From Chloroflexota bacterium (lineage in GTDB: Bacteria; Chloroflexota; Dehalococcoidia; UBA2247; JAUWOP01): a stretch of DNA of 58,420 nt. The DNA lies in the NCBI GenBank assembly GCA_030612045.1, contig JAUWOP010000003.1, positions 1-58,420 on the forward strand. Direction: 5' to 3'. The notes below the pieces were generated by a model. That model worked only from the letters and a program-made list of their open reading frames with translations, was not told the origin of the DNA and made no database searches. This document shows, piece after piece, positions 17,614 through 28,750 of the stretch. Both the position numbers and the translations under genes were made by a program. How positions within the stretch are numbered: position 1 is the first letter of the stretch; each line of letters starts with the position of its first letter.

Positions 17614-19271
17614 ACCAGCATAAGCGTTGCGAAAGACAGGTTTTCTATCGCAAGTGGCGTCCCCAAACACTGGGGGAGGTGGTAGGGCAGGAGCATGTAA
17701 CACAGACCTTACGTAATGCTCTGAAACAAAACCATCTGGCTCATGCCTATCTTTTCTGTGGTCCGCGGGGCACTGGAAAGACCACTACAGGGCGGATTCT
17801 TGCTAAGACAGTGAACTGCCTCGATAATGAGGGCAGGGGGGGGGAACCCTGCAATAAGTGTGAAATGTGCGCCGCCATCACTCAGGGAAGAGCCATGGAT
17901 GTTATTGAGATAGATGCTGCCAGTAACAGAAAAATCGATGAGATGCGTGACCTGAGGGAGAGAGTTAAGTTTGCCCCTAACTCCGCCCGATACAAGGTGT
18001 ATATTATTGATGAGGTGCATATGCTCACCGAACAGGCAGCCAATGCTCTCCTGAAGACCCTTGAAGAACCGCCTCCCTATGTTATCTTTGTTCTTGCTAC
18101 TACTGAACCTCACAAACTATTGCCAACAATACTTTCTCGATGCCAGCGATTTGACTTTCGCCGCCTTCCCATTACAGCAATAACAACAAAGCTTAATCAT
18201 ATTTGCGAAGAGGAAAATGTCTCTATTGACTCTACAGCATTAAATCTCATTGCTAAAGCAGCCTGTGGTAGTCTGCGCGATGCTGAGAATTTGCTGGAGC
18301 AGGCAGTCATTCACTATGACTACCAGGTCAATGAGCATCAGGTACAGGAGTTCTTAGGAATTACCACCGACTTTCGGGTAAGAGAACTGGCACTACATGT
18401 CATCAATAAGGACATTACTGCAGGATTAACCACTATAAATAGTATTGTCAGTGATGGGCTTGGATTGAGCCAATTCCACCAAATGTTGGTGGAATATCTC
18501 CGTAACATGCTCCTGATCAAGTCAGGAGCAGAAGATACTACAAACCTTACACAGGAAGAGCGAGAAGAGCTAAGAGAGGTCTCTGGTAGGATACCACTGG
18601 GGGAAATTCTGAGGGCAGTTAAGACCTTTGCTCAGATTGATCTCCGCTCCGATGAATATTCCCCATTGCCACTGGAGCTAGCAATGGTAGAGTATTCACT
18701 GCCTGCTAGCATAAGTATTACGAAAAGTAGAGATGCCTCCACACCTGTGCAAGGTATTGAGAAAACGGATATACCCCCAGCAGAAGTACTACAAAAAAGG
18801 GAAGAGAGAGTAGCACCTGTTGAAAGAGAAGAGGAACAAGGTGTGGAGGAATCCCTTACCCCACACCCACAGAAAACTGAGGGGGAGAGCTTCCTTAGTC
18901 CTCAAACTCCTCTTGAGCATGTTCGAGCACAATGGGGTGACTTCGTAAATACACTGAGAGGTATGGGTTCCAACAGGAACTTAGATGCATTCTTGAGGAG
19001 TGCTTGTGAGCCGGTGGATGTCCAAGGTGATACATTAGTACTGAGATTCCGCCACTCCTTTCATAGAGACAAGATAGCTAACCCGAAATATCGCCATCTA
19101 GTAGAGAAGAAGCTGGCAGAGAAATTTACTACCCCAAACAAGATAGAGTGTGTACTGGAGTCACAGGTGTTACAAAAGACAGAAGTCTTACCAAGAAAAG
19201 TAACTGAAGGACATCTAGTAAAAGCTGCTCTGGAGATGGGAGCTCAAATTATTAGTGTGGAGGAAAAATGA
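17610..19271 (+). CDS. dnaX: DNA polymerase III subunit gamma/tau
   Basis: [16 protein letters not shown], Zn module [22 protein letters not shown] and a long acidic linker. 553 aa. Start overlaps the ybeY stop. Confidence 0.9.
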   Translation: MNQHKRCERQVFYRKWRPQTLGEVVGQEHVTQTLRNALKQNHLAHAYLFCGPRGTGKTTTGRILAKTVNCLDNEGRGGEPCNKCEMCAAITQGRAMDVIEIDAASNRKIDEMRDLRERVKFAPNSARYKVYIIDEVHMLTEQAANALLKTLEEPPPYVIFVLATTEPHKLLPTILSRCQRFDFRRLPITAITTKLNHICEEENVSIDSTALNLIAKAACGSLRDAENLLEQAVIHYDYQVNEHQVQEFLGITTDFRVRELALHVINKDITAGLTTINSIVSDGLGLSQFHQMLVEYLRNMLLIKSGAEDTTNLTQEEREELREVSGRIPLGEILRAVKTFAQIDLRSDEYSPLPLELAMVEYSLPASISITKSRDASTPVQGIEKTDIPPAEVLQKREERVAPVEREEEQGVEESLTPHPQKTEGESFLSPQTPLEHVRAQWGDFVNTLRGMGSNRNLDAFLRSACEPVDVQGDTLVLRFRHSFHRDKIANPKYRHLVEKKLAEKFTTPNKIECVLESQVLQKTEVLPRKVTEGHLVKAALEMGAQIISVEEK

Positions 19272-19573
19272 ATAAACACTTGATACAACAGGCAAAAGAA
19301 CTACAATCCAAATTAGTCAAAGCCCAAGGTGAACTTGCTGATATGACTACAGAGGCGAGTGCTGGTGGTGGGATGGTCACAGTAGTTATCAACGGGCACC
19401 AGAATATTCAATCACTGAAAATATCACCTGAAGCGGTGGACCCTGATGATATGACCCTTCTGGAAGACCTTATACTAGCAGCAATGAATGAGGCAGTCAA
19501 AAAGTCCCAGGAGCTGGCACAGGCTCATCTTGGAGCCCTGACAGGTAACCTCAATATCCCGGGACTGCTATAG
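19268..19573 (+). CDS. ybaB: nucleoid-associated protein YbaB/EbfC
   Basis: 101 aa with [36 protein letters not shown]...[12 protein letters not shown]. Canonical dnaX-ybaB-recR synteny. Confidence 0.9.
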   Translation: MNKHLIQQAKELQSKLVKAQGELADMTTEASAGGGMVTVVINGHQNIQSLKISPEAVDPDDMTLLEDLILAAMNEAVKKSQELAQAHLGALTGNLNIPGLL

Positions 19574-19579
19574 GACTTC

Positions 19580-20212
19580 TTGATAGATGAGGTGAAATAT
19601 TTGAACACTATCCACTATCCCACTGCAGCTCCGGTTGCCCATCTGATTGAAGAGCTCAACCGGTTACCAGGCATTGGTCCCAAAAGCGCACAGCGTATAG
19701 CCTATTTTCTGTTGCGCACCCCTCATGAGCAGGCTCAAACACTTGTAGAGGCTATTATAGCAGTCAAGGATAAGGTGATTCTCTGTTCCCTATGCCAGAA
19801 TATTTCCGAGACTGATCCCTGTCCCATTTGCCACAGCAGTTCCCGTGATACTACCAAGATATGTGTAGTAGAGGAACCATCGGATGTCCTGACTCTGGAG
19901 CGGATTCGCAAGTATGACGGACTTTATCATGTACTCCATGGTGTGCTCTCACCCTCAGATGGAGTCAACCCGGAGAATTTGAAGGTAAAAGAGCTCATGG
20001 TACGACTACAAGGAACAGAGGTTAAGGAGGTAATCTTGGCAACTAACCCTAACCTGGAGGGTGAAGCTACCGCGCTATATCTGCATCGAGAGATAGCTCC
20101 ACTGGGTATAAAGGTTACGCGTCTTGCCAGGGGACTCCCCTTTGGTAGTGACCTGGAATATGCTGATGAGGTCACTCTCACTCGCTCTCTTGAAGGACGT
20201 CAGGAGATGTAA
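19580..20212 (+). CDS. recR: recombination protein RecR
   Basis: HhH LPGIGPKSAQRIAYFLL, Zn finger CSLCQN...CPIC and a Toprim region. The start is uncertain (TTG at 19580 or 19601). Confidence 0.9.
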   Translation: MIDEVKYLNTIHYPTAAPVAHLIEELNRLPGIGPKSAQRIAYFLLRTPHEQAQTLVEAIIAVKDKVILCSLCQNISETDPCPICHSSSRDTTKICVVEEPSDVLTLERIRKYDGLYHVLHGVLSPSDGVNPENLKVKELMVRLQGTEVKEVILATNPNLEGEATALYLHREIAPLGIKVTRLARGLPFGSDLEYADEVTLTRSLEGRQEM

Positions 20213-20300
20213 ACCCACTGTTCGCCACATGACCTGTGGAGAATACAGAGGAATCTATTATGGGCTATCTTCCTAAATGTAGAAAGGCTTAATAAGTATC

Positions 20301-21581
20301 ATGTATGATTGCGATGGTTATAGTAGAGAAGTTCTAAGTAATGGCTTGCGTATACTTACCAGCACCATGCCACATACCCACTCTGTATGCATCAGTGTCT
20401 TTGTGGGTACCGGGTCCCGGTATGAGGAGGCAGATAAGGCAGGGATTTCCCATTTCCTGGAGCATGTTTGCTTCAAGGGTACATCACGGCGACCTACAGC
20501 AAGAGAGATATTCGAAGCTATTGATGGTGTGGGGGGGATGCTTAATGCTGGAACGGATAGAGAACTAACCGTCTACTGGTCTAAAGTAGCTAGTGGCTAT
20601 ACCTCACTGGCAATAGATATTCTGACAGACTTGATACGATACCCAGAGATGGACACCCAGGAGATGGAGAAGGAGAAGCAGGTAGTCATAAATGAGATTA
20701 ACCTGAACTATGACTCTCCACAAAACCGTGCCGATTCACTTATAGACGAGACTCTCTGGCCTGCCCAGGCGTTGGGAAGAGACGTAGCCGGAAGTGTTGA
20801 GACAGTATCATCCTTCAGCAGGCTTGATGTACTTGACTATTTCAATCACCAGTACCTCCCCAATAATACTGTAGTCAGTGTTGCAGGTGATATTGACCAC
20901 GACAAAGTGGTAGCAATGCTATCAGCATCCCTTGAAGACTGGAAGGGGAGTACCCCCTTGCCTTGGTATCCTGCTGATGATACACAAGAATCACCACGCC
21001 TCTGCATTGAGTCCAGGAACACTGACCAATCTTATATATGTTTAGGAGTCAAGGGTTTGCCCATCAGTCATCCTGACCGCTTTTCTTTAGACCTTTTGAG
21101 TGCTATTTTAGGTGGATGTCTAAGTAGCCGCCTGTCTATGGAGGTACGCGAAAAACGAGGCCTCGCCTACTCTATCCACAGCTATACCAGCCACCTTCTT
21201 GATTCCGGATCCCTCATAGCATGTGCCGGGATTGACCCCAAACACCTGACTGAGACCATCACAGTCATTCTTCAGGAACTTCGCCGTCTCAAGGAGGATA
21301 TTTCTGATGCTGAGCTAACAAAAGTGAAGGAGATGTCCAAGGGTCAGCTTATACTCCGCATGGAGAACTCCCAAAATGTTGCTAATTGGCTAGGGGGACA
21401 AGAGCTTCTGCTGGGTAAAGTCCTGACCGTAGAGGAGGTGCTTAAACTGATTGATTCCGTCCAAAGGGAAGACCTGGAGCGTATAGCTAAGCAACTGTTG
21501 GTTACAGAGAAACTTAATCTGGTAGTGGTAGGTCCCTCACCCCCTGAAAAGGAACTAGAAAGTATGCTCCGGCTAGTGTAA
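20301..21581 (+). CDS. M16-family (pitrilysin-like) zinc peptidase
   Basis: Inverted zincin motif HFLEH...E. 426 aa with typical two-domain length. Confidence 0.85.
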   Translation: MYDCDGYSREVLSNGLRILTSTMPHTHSVCISVFVGTGSRYEEADKAGISHFLEHVCFKGTSRRPTAREIFEAIDGVGGMLNAGTDRELTVYWSKVASGYTSLAIDILTDLIRYPEMDTQEMEKEKQVVINEINLNYDSPQNRADSLIDETLWPAQALGRDVAGSVETVSSFSRLDVLDYFNHQYLPNNTVVSVAGDIDHDKVVAMLSASLEDWKGSTPLPWYPADDTQESPRLCIESRNTDQSYICLGVKGLPISHPDRFSLDLLSAILGGCLSSRLSMEVREKRGLAYSIHSYTSHLLDSGSLIACAGIDPKHLTETITVILQELRRLKEDISDAELTKVKEMSKGQLILRMENSQNVANWLGGQELLLGKVLTVEEVLKLIDSVQREDLERIAKQLLVTEKLNLVVVGPSPPEKELESMLRLV

Positions 21582-21651
21582 GCATTACGAAAAGACAGAA
21601 GTAATATGGGGAAAGGTGGATAGCTCATGTTTGACAATTGGAGGTTGTGAC

Positions 21652-21945
21652 ATGATATTGAGTCAAGAAGAGGTAAATCATATTGCTCTCCTTGCTCGTC
21701 TGGGATTATCCAATGAAGAGGTTGAGAGGTTCAGAGAGCAATTATCGAATATTCTGGAGAATTTTGCCATACTTCAAGAAGTAGATACTACCGATGTGCC
21801 ACCTACAGCTCAACCTATTCCTCTTCAGAATATACTACGCCAGGATGATGTGGATTCATCGCTTCCCTGTGAGGAGGTAATGGCTAATGCTCCACGGCGG
21901 GAAGGTAATTATTTCAGGGTAAAATCTGTTCTAGGAAAGAGTTAG
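21652..21945 (+). CDS. gatC: Asp/Glu-tRNA amidotransferase subunit C
   Basis: MILSQEEVNHIALLARLGLSNEEVERFREQLSNILENF...VDT. The track ORF starts earlier (21616), but the GatC consensus begins at this Met. Confidence 0.85.
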   Translation: MILSQEEVNHIALLARLGLSNEEVERFREQLSNILENFAILQEVDTTDVPPTAQPIPLQNILRQDDVDSSLPCEEVMANAPRREGNYFRVKSVLGKS

Positions 21946-22021
21946 TTAATTAGGTACTGACTGCCAACTATTAACAAACACTCATGGGCGGCTGCCCACT
22001 AGCGAATCATGAAAATAGGTT

Positions 22022-22101
22022 GTCATTGCGAGCGAAGCGAAGCAATCTCATCATCGCTCCCCCCACCGAGATTGCTTCGTCACTACGCTCCTCGCAATGA
22101 C
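22022..22101. repeat. family-A palindromic repeat
   Basis: GTCATTGCGAGCGAAGCGAAGCAATCTC...GAGATTGCTTCG...CCTCGCAATGAC. It is translated in frame as the false N-terminus of track ORF 22009..23649 (CHCERSEAIS...). Confidence 0.7.
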
Positions 22102-22143
22102 AGGTGTGGGGGTGAGTCTATTTTCGAAGCAAAGGAAGAGAAG

Positions 22144-23649
22144 GTGAGCGAGCTTTTGCGCCAGCAACTTGATTATCTGTTCAATCCCCGTTCTATAGCC
22201 GTGATTGGGGCATCCCCTATTTTTGGAAATTGGGGCTTTGGTGTTTTGAGTAGTCTCATGGATTCTAGCGAAGCGTCAGCATTACGAAAAAGGGAGATTT
22301 ACCCTGTGAACCGCCATGCCAGTGAGATTCTAGGGCTGAAGACATACCAGAGCCTTACTGATATACCTGGTACGGTAGATTTTGCTGTGATAGCTATTTC
22401 CGCCAGGCATATTCCTCAGGTTCTGAGGGAATGTAGTTTGAAGGGTGTCAAAACAGCTCTCATTGTTTCTAGTGGCTTTTCAGAGGTAGGGACGAGTGGA
22501 ATAGAGATAGAGAGGGAGATTGTTAATATTGCCAGGCAACTAGGTATACGCCTTGTTGGACCAAATAGCATGGGACACGCCAATACCTCTTTACCACTTT
22601 CCACAATTGGAATGAAGAGAGGCTTGCTCCCAGGACCAGTTTCCATTATCTCTCAGAGTGGAGGTTATGGTCTGCGCCTGCTTCAGATTGGTGAGACACG
22701 AGGGGTCGGGTTTAGTAAGTTTGTCAGTAGTGGGAATGAAGCAGACTTGCACCTTGAGGATTATCTAGAGTACCTTGCTGACGATGAAAGCACCAGAGTA
22801 ATCGGCATCTTTATTGAAGGGCTAAGGGAGGGAAGGCGATTCTTCAGACTGGCTAAGCGTATTACCAAAGAGAAGCCTATTGTGGTAATTAAGACGGGGA
22901 CTACTCCTCAATCATCCAGGGCAGCGAGGTCACATTCCTCTGCTCTAGCTGGCTCAGATGCGGTGTACAATGTTGCCTTCAAACAGGCAGGAGTTATAAG
23001 AGTCTATGCGGACGAAGAATTCTTCGATGTAGTGGAGGCTTTGCTCTCAGTGCCTTTGCCCCGTGGTCGCAGAGTTGGAGTTTTAACTGGCGGCGGAGGG
23101 ATTGGAGTAGTGGCAACCGATGCCTGTGAACGAGAAGGGCTTGAGGTCCCACCTTTTTCAGCACCTACGATGAAGCGATTGAATGAATTGCTGCCACCTT
23201 ACTGGTCTCACCATAACCCTGCTGATATGACTGACAATCCCAGTGCCGGCAGGGGGCAGGATGCCACCTTCGACTGTATGGAGGCAATAATAGAGGATGA
23301 GAATGAGGATGCAGTAATTCTAATTGGAGGGCTGGGTGTCACATCCCTGTTGTCACAGATGCTGAAGGTCTCTTATGAGATAAATAGCTTGCCTCAAGAT
23401 GGCAGGGAGGTGGAGAGGGTGAAATTAATAAGAAAACACATTGATAAGTGGCATAAACCTCTGGTTATGGCTAAAACAATATCAAAATTGCCACAGGATC
23501 CCAGAATATTCGATACCCTCCGGGAGAATGGAATTCCAGTCTATCCTACCCCTCAGAGGGCAGTAAAGGTCCTGCGTCACCTAGTCCAGTACAAGGAGTA
23601 CCTTGATGACTCAATCAGACGCTTCACTAACGAAGCAGTCACTTACTGA
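22144..23649 (+). CDS. acetate/acyl-CoA ligase (ADP-forming) alpha-type subunit (CoA-binding + CoA-ligase domains)
   Basis: FNPRSIAVIGAS, GPNSMG, phosphohistidine region ARSHSSALAGSD. Start placed at GTG 22144 by alignment with the downstream paralog. No ATP-grasp beta domain. Confidence 0.75.
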   Translation: MSELLRQQLDYLFNPRSIAVIGASPIFGNWGFGVLSSLMDSSEASALRKREIYPVNRHASEILGLKTYQSLTDIPGTVDFAVIAISARHIPQVLRECSLKGVKTALIVSSGFSEVGTSGIEIEREIVNIARQLGIRLVGPNSMGHANTSLPLSTIGMKRGLLPGPVSIISQSGGYGLRLLQIGETRGVGFSKFVSSGNEADLHLEDYLEYLADDESTRVIGIFIEGLREGRRFFRLAKRITKEKPIVVIKTGTTPQSSRAARSHSSALAGSDAVYNVAFKQAGVIRVYADEEFFDVVEALLSVPLPRGRRVGVLTGGGGIGVVATDACEREGLEVPPFSAPTMKRLNELLPPYWSHHNPADMTDNPSAGRGQDATFDCMEAIIEDENEDAVILIGGLGVTSLLSQMLKVSYEINSLPQDGREVERVKLIRKHIDKWHKPLVMAKTISKLPQDPRIFDTLRENGIPVYPTPQRAVKVLRHLVQYKEYLDDSIRRFTNEAVTY

Positions 23650-25132
23650 ACAGCTTGATTCTCTGTTCAATCCTCATTCAATTGCGGTAGTAGGAGCCTC
23701 TGAGCACTATGGTAAATGGGGGTTCTCAGTCTTCCATCGTGTCTTGATGTTCTCATCAGGAAGGAAAGTCTATCCTATAAATGGAAATGGTTCGGAAGTA
23801 TTTGGGGTAAAGAGTTATAAGAGTGTAAAAGAACTACCGGAGATGGAAGCCCCTATAGACCTGGTGGTAATGGTAATTCCCAGAGATAAAATATTATCAG
23901 CAATGAGAGATTGTGTGGAGAGGAGGGTGAGGAACGTTCTCATCATTACTGCTGGATTCAGTGAAATGGATAAGCAGGGGGCTGAGATTGAGGCTGAGAT
24001 GGTGCAAATTGCCAGGAGTGGAAATATTAGACTTATGGGACCAAATTGTATGGGTCATATCAATACCGCTTCGGGTCTTGTTACCATGGCACTTGGACCC
24101 ATTGTAGAGAGAGGACACATAGGTCTTATCACTCAGAGTGGAAACATAGGTGCTAATATTACTCAATATGGGATGGATGCAGGCCTTGGTTTCAGCAAGG
24201 TTATTAGCAGTGGAAATGAGGCTGACCTTTGTCTGGAGGATTTCCTGGAGTATCTGGCTGAGGATGAGGAGACCAGGGTAATTGCTGTGTATATTGAGGG
24301 TCTGAGACAAGCGGATCGTTTCCTTAAACTGGCTCATGAAATTACAAGTGGGGGAGCTACAAAAAAGAGGAAACCCATAGTGGTTATAAAAGCTGGTAGG
24401 TCAATGGGAGGTGCAAGAGCAGTAAAATCACACACCTTCGCTTTAGCTGGGACCGATACGGTAAATGATGCTGCTTTTAAGCAGGCAGGGGTAATAAGAG
24501 TAGAGAGTGTGACTGAGCTTGTGGATGTAGCTGGTGCCTTGCTTCGTCTGCCCTTACCCAGGGGGAAAAGAGTAGGGCTAGTTACTGGTGGTGGGGGCTT
24601 TGGGGTTATCGCCGCTGATACTTGTGAAAAGCTAGGGCTTGAGATAGCATCTCTCTCCTCATCTACTATCAGCAAGCTAAATACTATCCTGCCGTCTTAT
24701 TGGTCACATTCCAATCCGATTGATATGGGTGGGACGGGTCTACCCATCTATCCCTGTCTTGAGACAATGATAGAGAGCGAGGACATAGATGCGATAATCT
24801 CTCTCAGTGCCATAGGGGTGAGAATCCCAATAGTTCCCATAAATGAATCTGCTCCCCCTCACCTGTGGGAGAAAGTGGAGCAAATACTGAAGTCCCAGGA
24901 AGAGGAGGACCTGACTAATCTGGATTTAGCTCTGGAGTGCATGGACAAATATCAGAAACCAATCATCATTTCCCTCGCAGTTTCTGAAATCCGTCAGAGG
25001 TCACTAACCTTCAAGAGGTTGCATGAGAGGGGAATGATGGTCTATCCCTCACCAGAACGGGCGGTAAAGGTGCTGGCTCATCTGTCTTGGTATAGTGAAT
25101 ATCTGAACTGTAGAGGATGCAGAGTGGCTTAA
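23603..25132 (+). CDS. acetate/acyl-CoA ligase (ADP-forming) alpha-type subunit, tandem paralog
   Basis: [31 protein letters not shown]. 509 aa. Overlaps the upstream paralog by up to 47 nt (start uncertain). Confidence 0.75.
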   Translation: MMTQSDASLTKQSLTEQLDSLFNPHSIAVVGASEHYGKWGFSVFHRVLMFSSGRKVYPINGNGSEVFGVKSYKSVKELPEMEAPIDLVVMVIPRDKILSAMRDCVERRVRNVLIITAGFSEMDKQGAEIEAEMVQIARSGNIRLMGPNCMGHINTASGLVTMALGPIVERGHIGLITQSGNIGANITQYGMDAGLGFSKVISSGNEADLCLEDFLEYLAEDEETRVIAVYIEGLRQADRFLKLAHEITSGGATKKRKPIVVIKAGRSMGGARAVKSHTFALAGTDTVNDAAFKQAGVIRVESVTELVDVAGALLRLPLPRGKRVGLVTGGGGFGVIAADTCEKLGLEIASLSSSTISKLNTILPSYWSHSNPIDMGGTGLPIYPCLETMIESEDIDAIISLSAIGVRIPIVPINESAPPHLWEKVEQILKSQEEEDLTNLDLALECMDKYQKPIIISLAVSEIRQRSLTFKRLHERGMMVYPSPERAVKVLAHLSWYSEYLNCRGCRVA

Positions 25133-25139
25133 TACATGG

Positions 25140-25167
25140 GGGATTGATGAATCAAATCCCTACTTTT
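25140..25167 (+). terminator. weak intrinsic terminator candidate after the second ligase paralog
   Basis: GGGATT-gatgaatca-AATCCC followed by TACTTTTGTT. Confidence 0.3.
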
Positions 25168-25226
25168 GTTCAACTCTATTCAGCGATTTCTGTATTCTCT
25201 GCTGTGAATATTTTGGAGGTCTTAAA

Positions 25227-26717
25227 TTGGAACTCTGCCAATTAACTATTCATCAGGCGCATGAATTGCTCAAGAGCAGGGAAATCTCTTCTGTAGAGCT
25301 CACCAAAGCCTCTTTGGAGCGTATCTCTCAGGTTGAGGAGAAGGTTCATGCATTTGTTTCCATTAGTTCCCCATCGATATCTCAGGCTGAGGCATCTGAT
25401 GAGATGATAAGGAAAGGTGAGATTACACTATTAACAGGGATTCCTGTTGCCATCAAGGATAATATGTGCACACAGGGAGTGCGTACTACCTGCTCCTCGC
25501 GGATGCTAGAAAGTTTTGTTCCCCCTTATAATGCTACAGTAGTGGAGAGGTTAATATCTGCAGGGATGGTTATGGTGGGTAAAACGAATATGGATGAATT
25601 TGCTATGGGGTCATCCACGGAGAATTCTGCCTTCTCCCCCACTTATAATCCGTGGGATGTGGGACGAGTTCCTGGTGGCAGCAGTGGTGGGTCAGCATCA
25701 GCAGTGGCAGTAGATGAAGTTATCTATGCCCTTGGTTCTGACACAGGGGGAAGTATTCGTCAGCCAGCAGGATTCTGCAGCGTGGTGGGATTGAAACCTA
25801 CTTACGGCAGGGTATCACGATATGGTCTAATTGCCTTTGCCAGTTCCCTTGACCAGATAGGACCATTGACAAAAGATGTGACTGACTGTGCTATCGTACT
25901 GAATGTCATCGCCGGACATGACCCCAGGGATGCAACTTCAGTACCGTATCCCGTACCGGATTATACGCAGTCGCTTCTCCATAATGCTGATACTATTCCT
26001 GATTTGAAAGGTCTGCGGATTGGAGTTCCGCGCGAGTATTTCGTTGCCGGAATCCAGTCAGGTGTAGATGAGGTGATACGAACTGCTATTGGGAAATTAG
26101 CAGAGTTAGGAGCAGAGGTAGATTGGGATGTTTCCCTACCTCATACCTCTTATGCCCTCTCTGTCTATTATATCATTGCTCCTTCGGAGGCTTCTGCTAA
26201 TCTGGCGCGCTATGATGGAGTTAAGTATGGCTTTTCATATCAGGAAGCAGGTAGTATGTGGGATGCTCTGGAGAAGACCAGACAGTTTGGGTTTGGGCCT
26301 GAGGTGAAACGGCGCATCATGCTGGGTACCTATGCGCTCTCGGCTGGGTACTACGATGCCTATTATCTCAAGGCGCAGAAGGTGCGAACCCTAATAAGAC
26401 GAGAATTTGATGAGGCTTTTAGCGGAAGTACTACAAAGAAGAGATTCGATGCACTAGTAACACCTACATCACCTACTGTGCCCTTTGAGCTAGGTGAGAA
26501 GATGGATGACCCACTGCAGATGTATCTCAGCGATGTATGCACCCTACCGATAAGCATTGCTGGTGTTCCAGCTATCTCCATTCCAGCTGGCTTTGTTAAT
26601 GGTCTACCTGTGGGGATGCAGATTATCGGTAAGCCTTTCAGTGAAGAGACCTTATTGCGTATCGCTTATGCATATGAACAGGCAACAGAGTGGCATAAGA
26701 TGAGGCCACTAATTTAA
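25227..26717 (+). CDS. gatA: Asp/Glu-tRNA amidotransferase subunit A
   Basis: Amidase signature [12 protein letters not shown]...[15 protein letters not shown] start, 496 aa. Confidence 0.9.
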   Translation: MELCQLTIHQAHELLKSREISSVELTKASLERISQVEEKVHAFVSISSPSISQAEASDEMIRKGEITLLTGIPVAIKDNMCTQGVRTTCSSRMLESFVPPYNATVVERLISAGMVMVGKTNMDEFAMGSSTENSAFSPTYNPWDVGRVPGGSSGGSASAVAVDEVIYALGSDTGGSIRQPAGFCSVVGLKPTYGRVSRYGLIAFASSLDQIGPLTKDVTDCAIVLNVIAGHDPRDATSVPYPVPDYTQSLLHNADTIPDLKGLRIGVPREYFVAGIQSGVDEVIRTAIGKLAELGAEVDWDVSLPHTSYALSVYYIIAPSEASANLARYDGVKYGFSYQEAGSMWDALEKTRQFGFGPEVKRRIMLGTYALSAGYYDAYYLKAQKVRTLIRREFDEAFSGSTTKKRFDALVTPTSPTVPFELGEKMDDPLQMYLSDVCTLPISIAGVPAISIPAGFVNGLPVGMQIIGKPFSEETLLRIAYAYEQATEWHKMRPLI

Positions 26718-28231
26718 CTGGTAGCTGTCAGTAATTTCTCTAATGCCAGGGCAATCCTTTTGAGGCATTGTTCTTTCCCCAACACTGCCATTGTCTGAAA
26801 TAATGGGGGGGCAGCAGTCTGCCCCGTGGTCGCTACCCTGAGAAGCCCGAAGAGTTCGCCTGTTTTGAGGTTCAGTTCTACCGCCAGGGGGCGAAGCAGC
26901 TCCTCTAAGGAACTTGCATCGAAGGAACTCAGTATCGAGAGCCTTTCGTGAGCGGTCTGTAATGCCGAAGTGGCTCTCTCCTTATCCATCCCCTTCTGTA
27001 ATAGTAGGGTAGTATCATACTCCAGTATCTCAGTAAAGAAAAACCTGCTTAGTTCAGGAACCTCGGCTAAGTAACGGACTCGCTCTTGAATAAGAGGTGC
27101 TATCTGGGAAACATAATCCATACCAGTGGAGGCATTATGATAAAGAGGATGTTCCATCTCATGGGGTAGACCATTCTCTAAAAAGGGCAATGCCCGTTGG
27201 GTAAACTCTTCACTACTTAGTTGCCGTATGTAGACACCGTTCATCCAGTTGAGTTTCTTTATATCAAAGACAGCAGCAGTCTTGCTGAGGCGCTCCAGAG
27301 AAAAATGCTTGATAAGGTCTTCCCTGCTGATGATGGTAGTCTTATCATCCAGTGACCATCCCAAAAGAGCAAGGAAATTGATAATAGCTTCAGGCAGATA
27401 TCCCTGCTGGCGATATTCTATGAGAGAGGTAGCTCCATACCGTTTACTGAGCTTGGTATGGTCTGGTCCCATAATCATAGTGAGGTGGGCGAATAATGGT
27501 GGCTCATATCCCAGAGATTGATACATGAGGATATGGCGGGGTGTGCTGGACAGCCATTCATCTGCCCGCAGTACATGGGAGATTTGCATCAGGTGGTCAT
27601 CTACTACATTAGCAAGGTGATAGGTAGGGAAACCATCTGACTTCAGGATAATGAAATCATCCAGGGTATTGTTGCTGAATGTTACATTACCCCGAATGAG
27701 GTCACGGAATGTGGTCTTACCTGGAGGAATCTTGAAGCGGACTACAGGAATGATTCCTTGCTCCTCAAAATGGCTTCGTTCAGATAGAGTCAGGTCACGG
27801 CAGTGACGGTCATATCCCGTAGGCTGTTTACGCTGCATCTGCCGTGTGCGTAGCTCATCCAAACGCTCTGGTGAGCAGTAACATGGATAGGCATATCCTT
27901 GTTCAATCATTTGCTTAGCAGCAGACTGATACAAATTCAGCCGCTGTGACTGAAAATAGGGGCCAAAGTCTCCACCTACCTCAGGACCTTCATCCCAGTC
28001 TAGTCCAAGCCAGCGCAGGCTTTCTAAGATTGTATCTACTGCCCCCTCTACCTTCCGAGTCATGTCGGTATCCTCAATGCGCAGAATGAAGCTCCCCTTC
28101 GTCATAATACTTTCACTACTATGGCGAGCAAAAAGCCAGTTGAATAGAGCTGTTCTGATATTACCTATATGAGGATAACCAGTAGGGCTGGGGGCATATC
28201 GGACTCTAACTTGTGTCATTGGCATATTCAT
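26714..28231 (-). CDS. gltX: glutamyl-tRNA synthetase
   Basis: [16 protein letters not shown] (HIGH) and KLSKR (KMSKS). 505 aa. 4-nt convergent overlap with gatA. Confidence 0.9.
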   Translation of the reverse strand: MNMPMTQVRVRYAPSPTGYPHIGNIRTALFNWLFARHSSESIMTKGSFILRIEDTDMTRKVEGAVDTILESLRWLGLDWDEGPEVGGDFGPYFQSQRLNLYQSAAKQMIEQGYAYPCYCSPERLDELRTRQMQRKQPTGYDRHCRDLTLSERSHFEEQGIIPVVRFKIPPGKTTFRDLIRGNVTFSNNTLDDFIILKSDGFPTYHLANVVDDHLMQISHVLRADEWLSSTPRHILMYQSLGYEPPLFAHLTMIMGPDHTKLSKRYGATSLIEYRQQGYLPEAIINFLALLGWSLDDKTTIISREDLIKHFSLERLSKTAAVFDIKKLNWMNGVYIRQLSSEEFTQRALPFLENGLPHEMEHPLYHNASTGMDYVSQIAPLIQERVRYLAEVPELSRFFFTEILEYDTTLLLQKGMDKERATSALQTAHERLSILSSFDASSLEELLRPLAVELNLKTGELFGLLRVATTGQTAAPPLFQTMAVLGKEQCLKRIALALEKLLTATS

Positions 28232-28601
28232 CCCGAATTTCTATTAAATCTAATTCTACCATTCTCTCCATCTGGCGTCTAGCTAGCATTAACCATCCAA
28301 AAAGCGGCAATTGAAAACGCTGGCTCCATTTCGAGGATTAAAAGGTGTACCGCTCAGCATTTTTCAGTTTTTATCCTACTCTATAACAGAGAAGTGGTCA
28401 CTAAATTTGCTTCATGGAATCTTGCTTTACCTCTTTTTATGACCACTGAGAAGCTTTTGTCATAATTCCCTAAGTCCCCCTTTCCTAAAAAAGGACTTTT
28501 ATCTTCCTCCCTTCAAGAAAGAGAACTGCAAACCATCTCCCTTTAGTAAAGGAGAAAAGATAGGAGATTTTATCTGTCGATGGTGATGATGAAGGGGAAA
28601 T

Positions 28602-28630
28602 TTGACAAAGGTTTGCATTTATGCTAGGAT
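28602..28630 (+). promoter_or_regulatory. sigma-70-type promoter candidate for the riboswitch-led cluster
   Basis: TTGACA (28602..28607), 17-nt spacer, TAGGAT (28625..28630). Predicted TSS near 28637. Confidence 0.4.
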
Positions 28631-28650
28631 GTAGCGAAATTGAGTATAAT

Positions 28651-28738
28651 GTGAAAAAGGTAAACCTGTCCGAAAGGCAGGGGCACAAAGCTACAAATCT
28701 AAAGTTCCACAGAGGGATATGATGGTTGGGCTACCACC
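28651..28738 (+). promoter_or_regulatory. candidate c-di-GMP-I (GEMM-I)-like riboswitch aptamer
   Basis: GUGAAAAAGGUAAACC-UG(U)CC-GAAA-GGCAGG-GGCACAAAGCUAC...GGUUGGGCUACC parallels, as I recall it, the Vc2 aptamer GGCAAACC-AUUC-GAAA-GAGUGG-GACGCAAAGCCUCC...GGGGUUACC. It has a GNRA-capped hairpin with one bulged U and a second long imperfect stem AGCUACAAAUC/GAUAUGAUGGUU. It deviates at two usually conserved positions (GGC to GGU, ACGCA to GCACA). Confidence 0.45.
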
Positions 28739-28750
28739 TTAGATAAGGGA

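Noticed and set aside
22009-22143. N-terminal 45 codons of track ORF 22009..23649 (MKIGCHCERSEAISSSLPPPRLLRHYAPRNDRCGG…)
   Set aside because: This stretch is a family-A repeat read in frame. The paralog alignment starts at about codon 46, where a GTG with an upstream purine-rich RBS exists.
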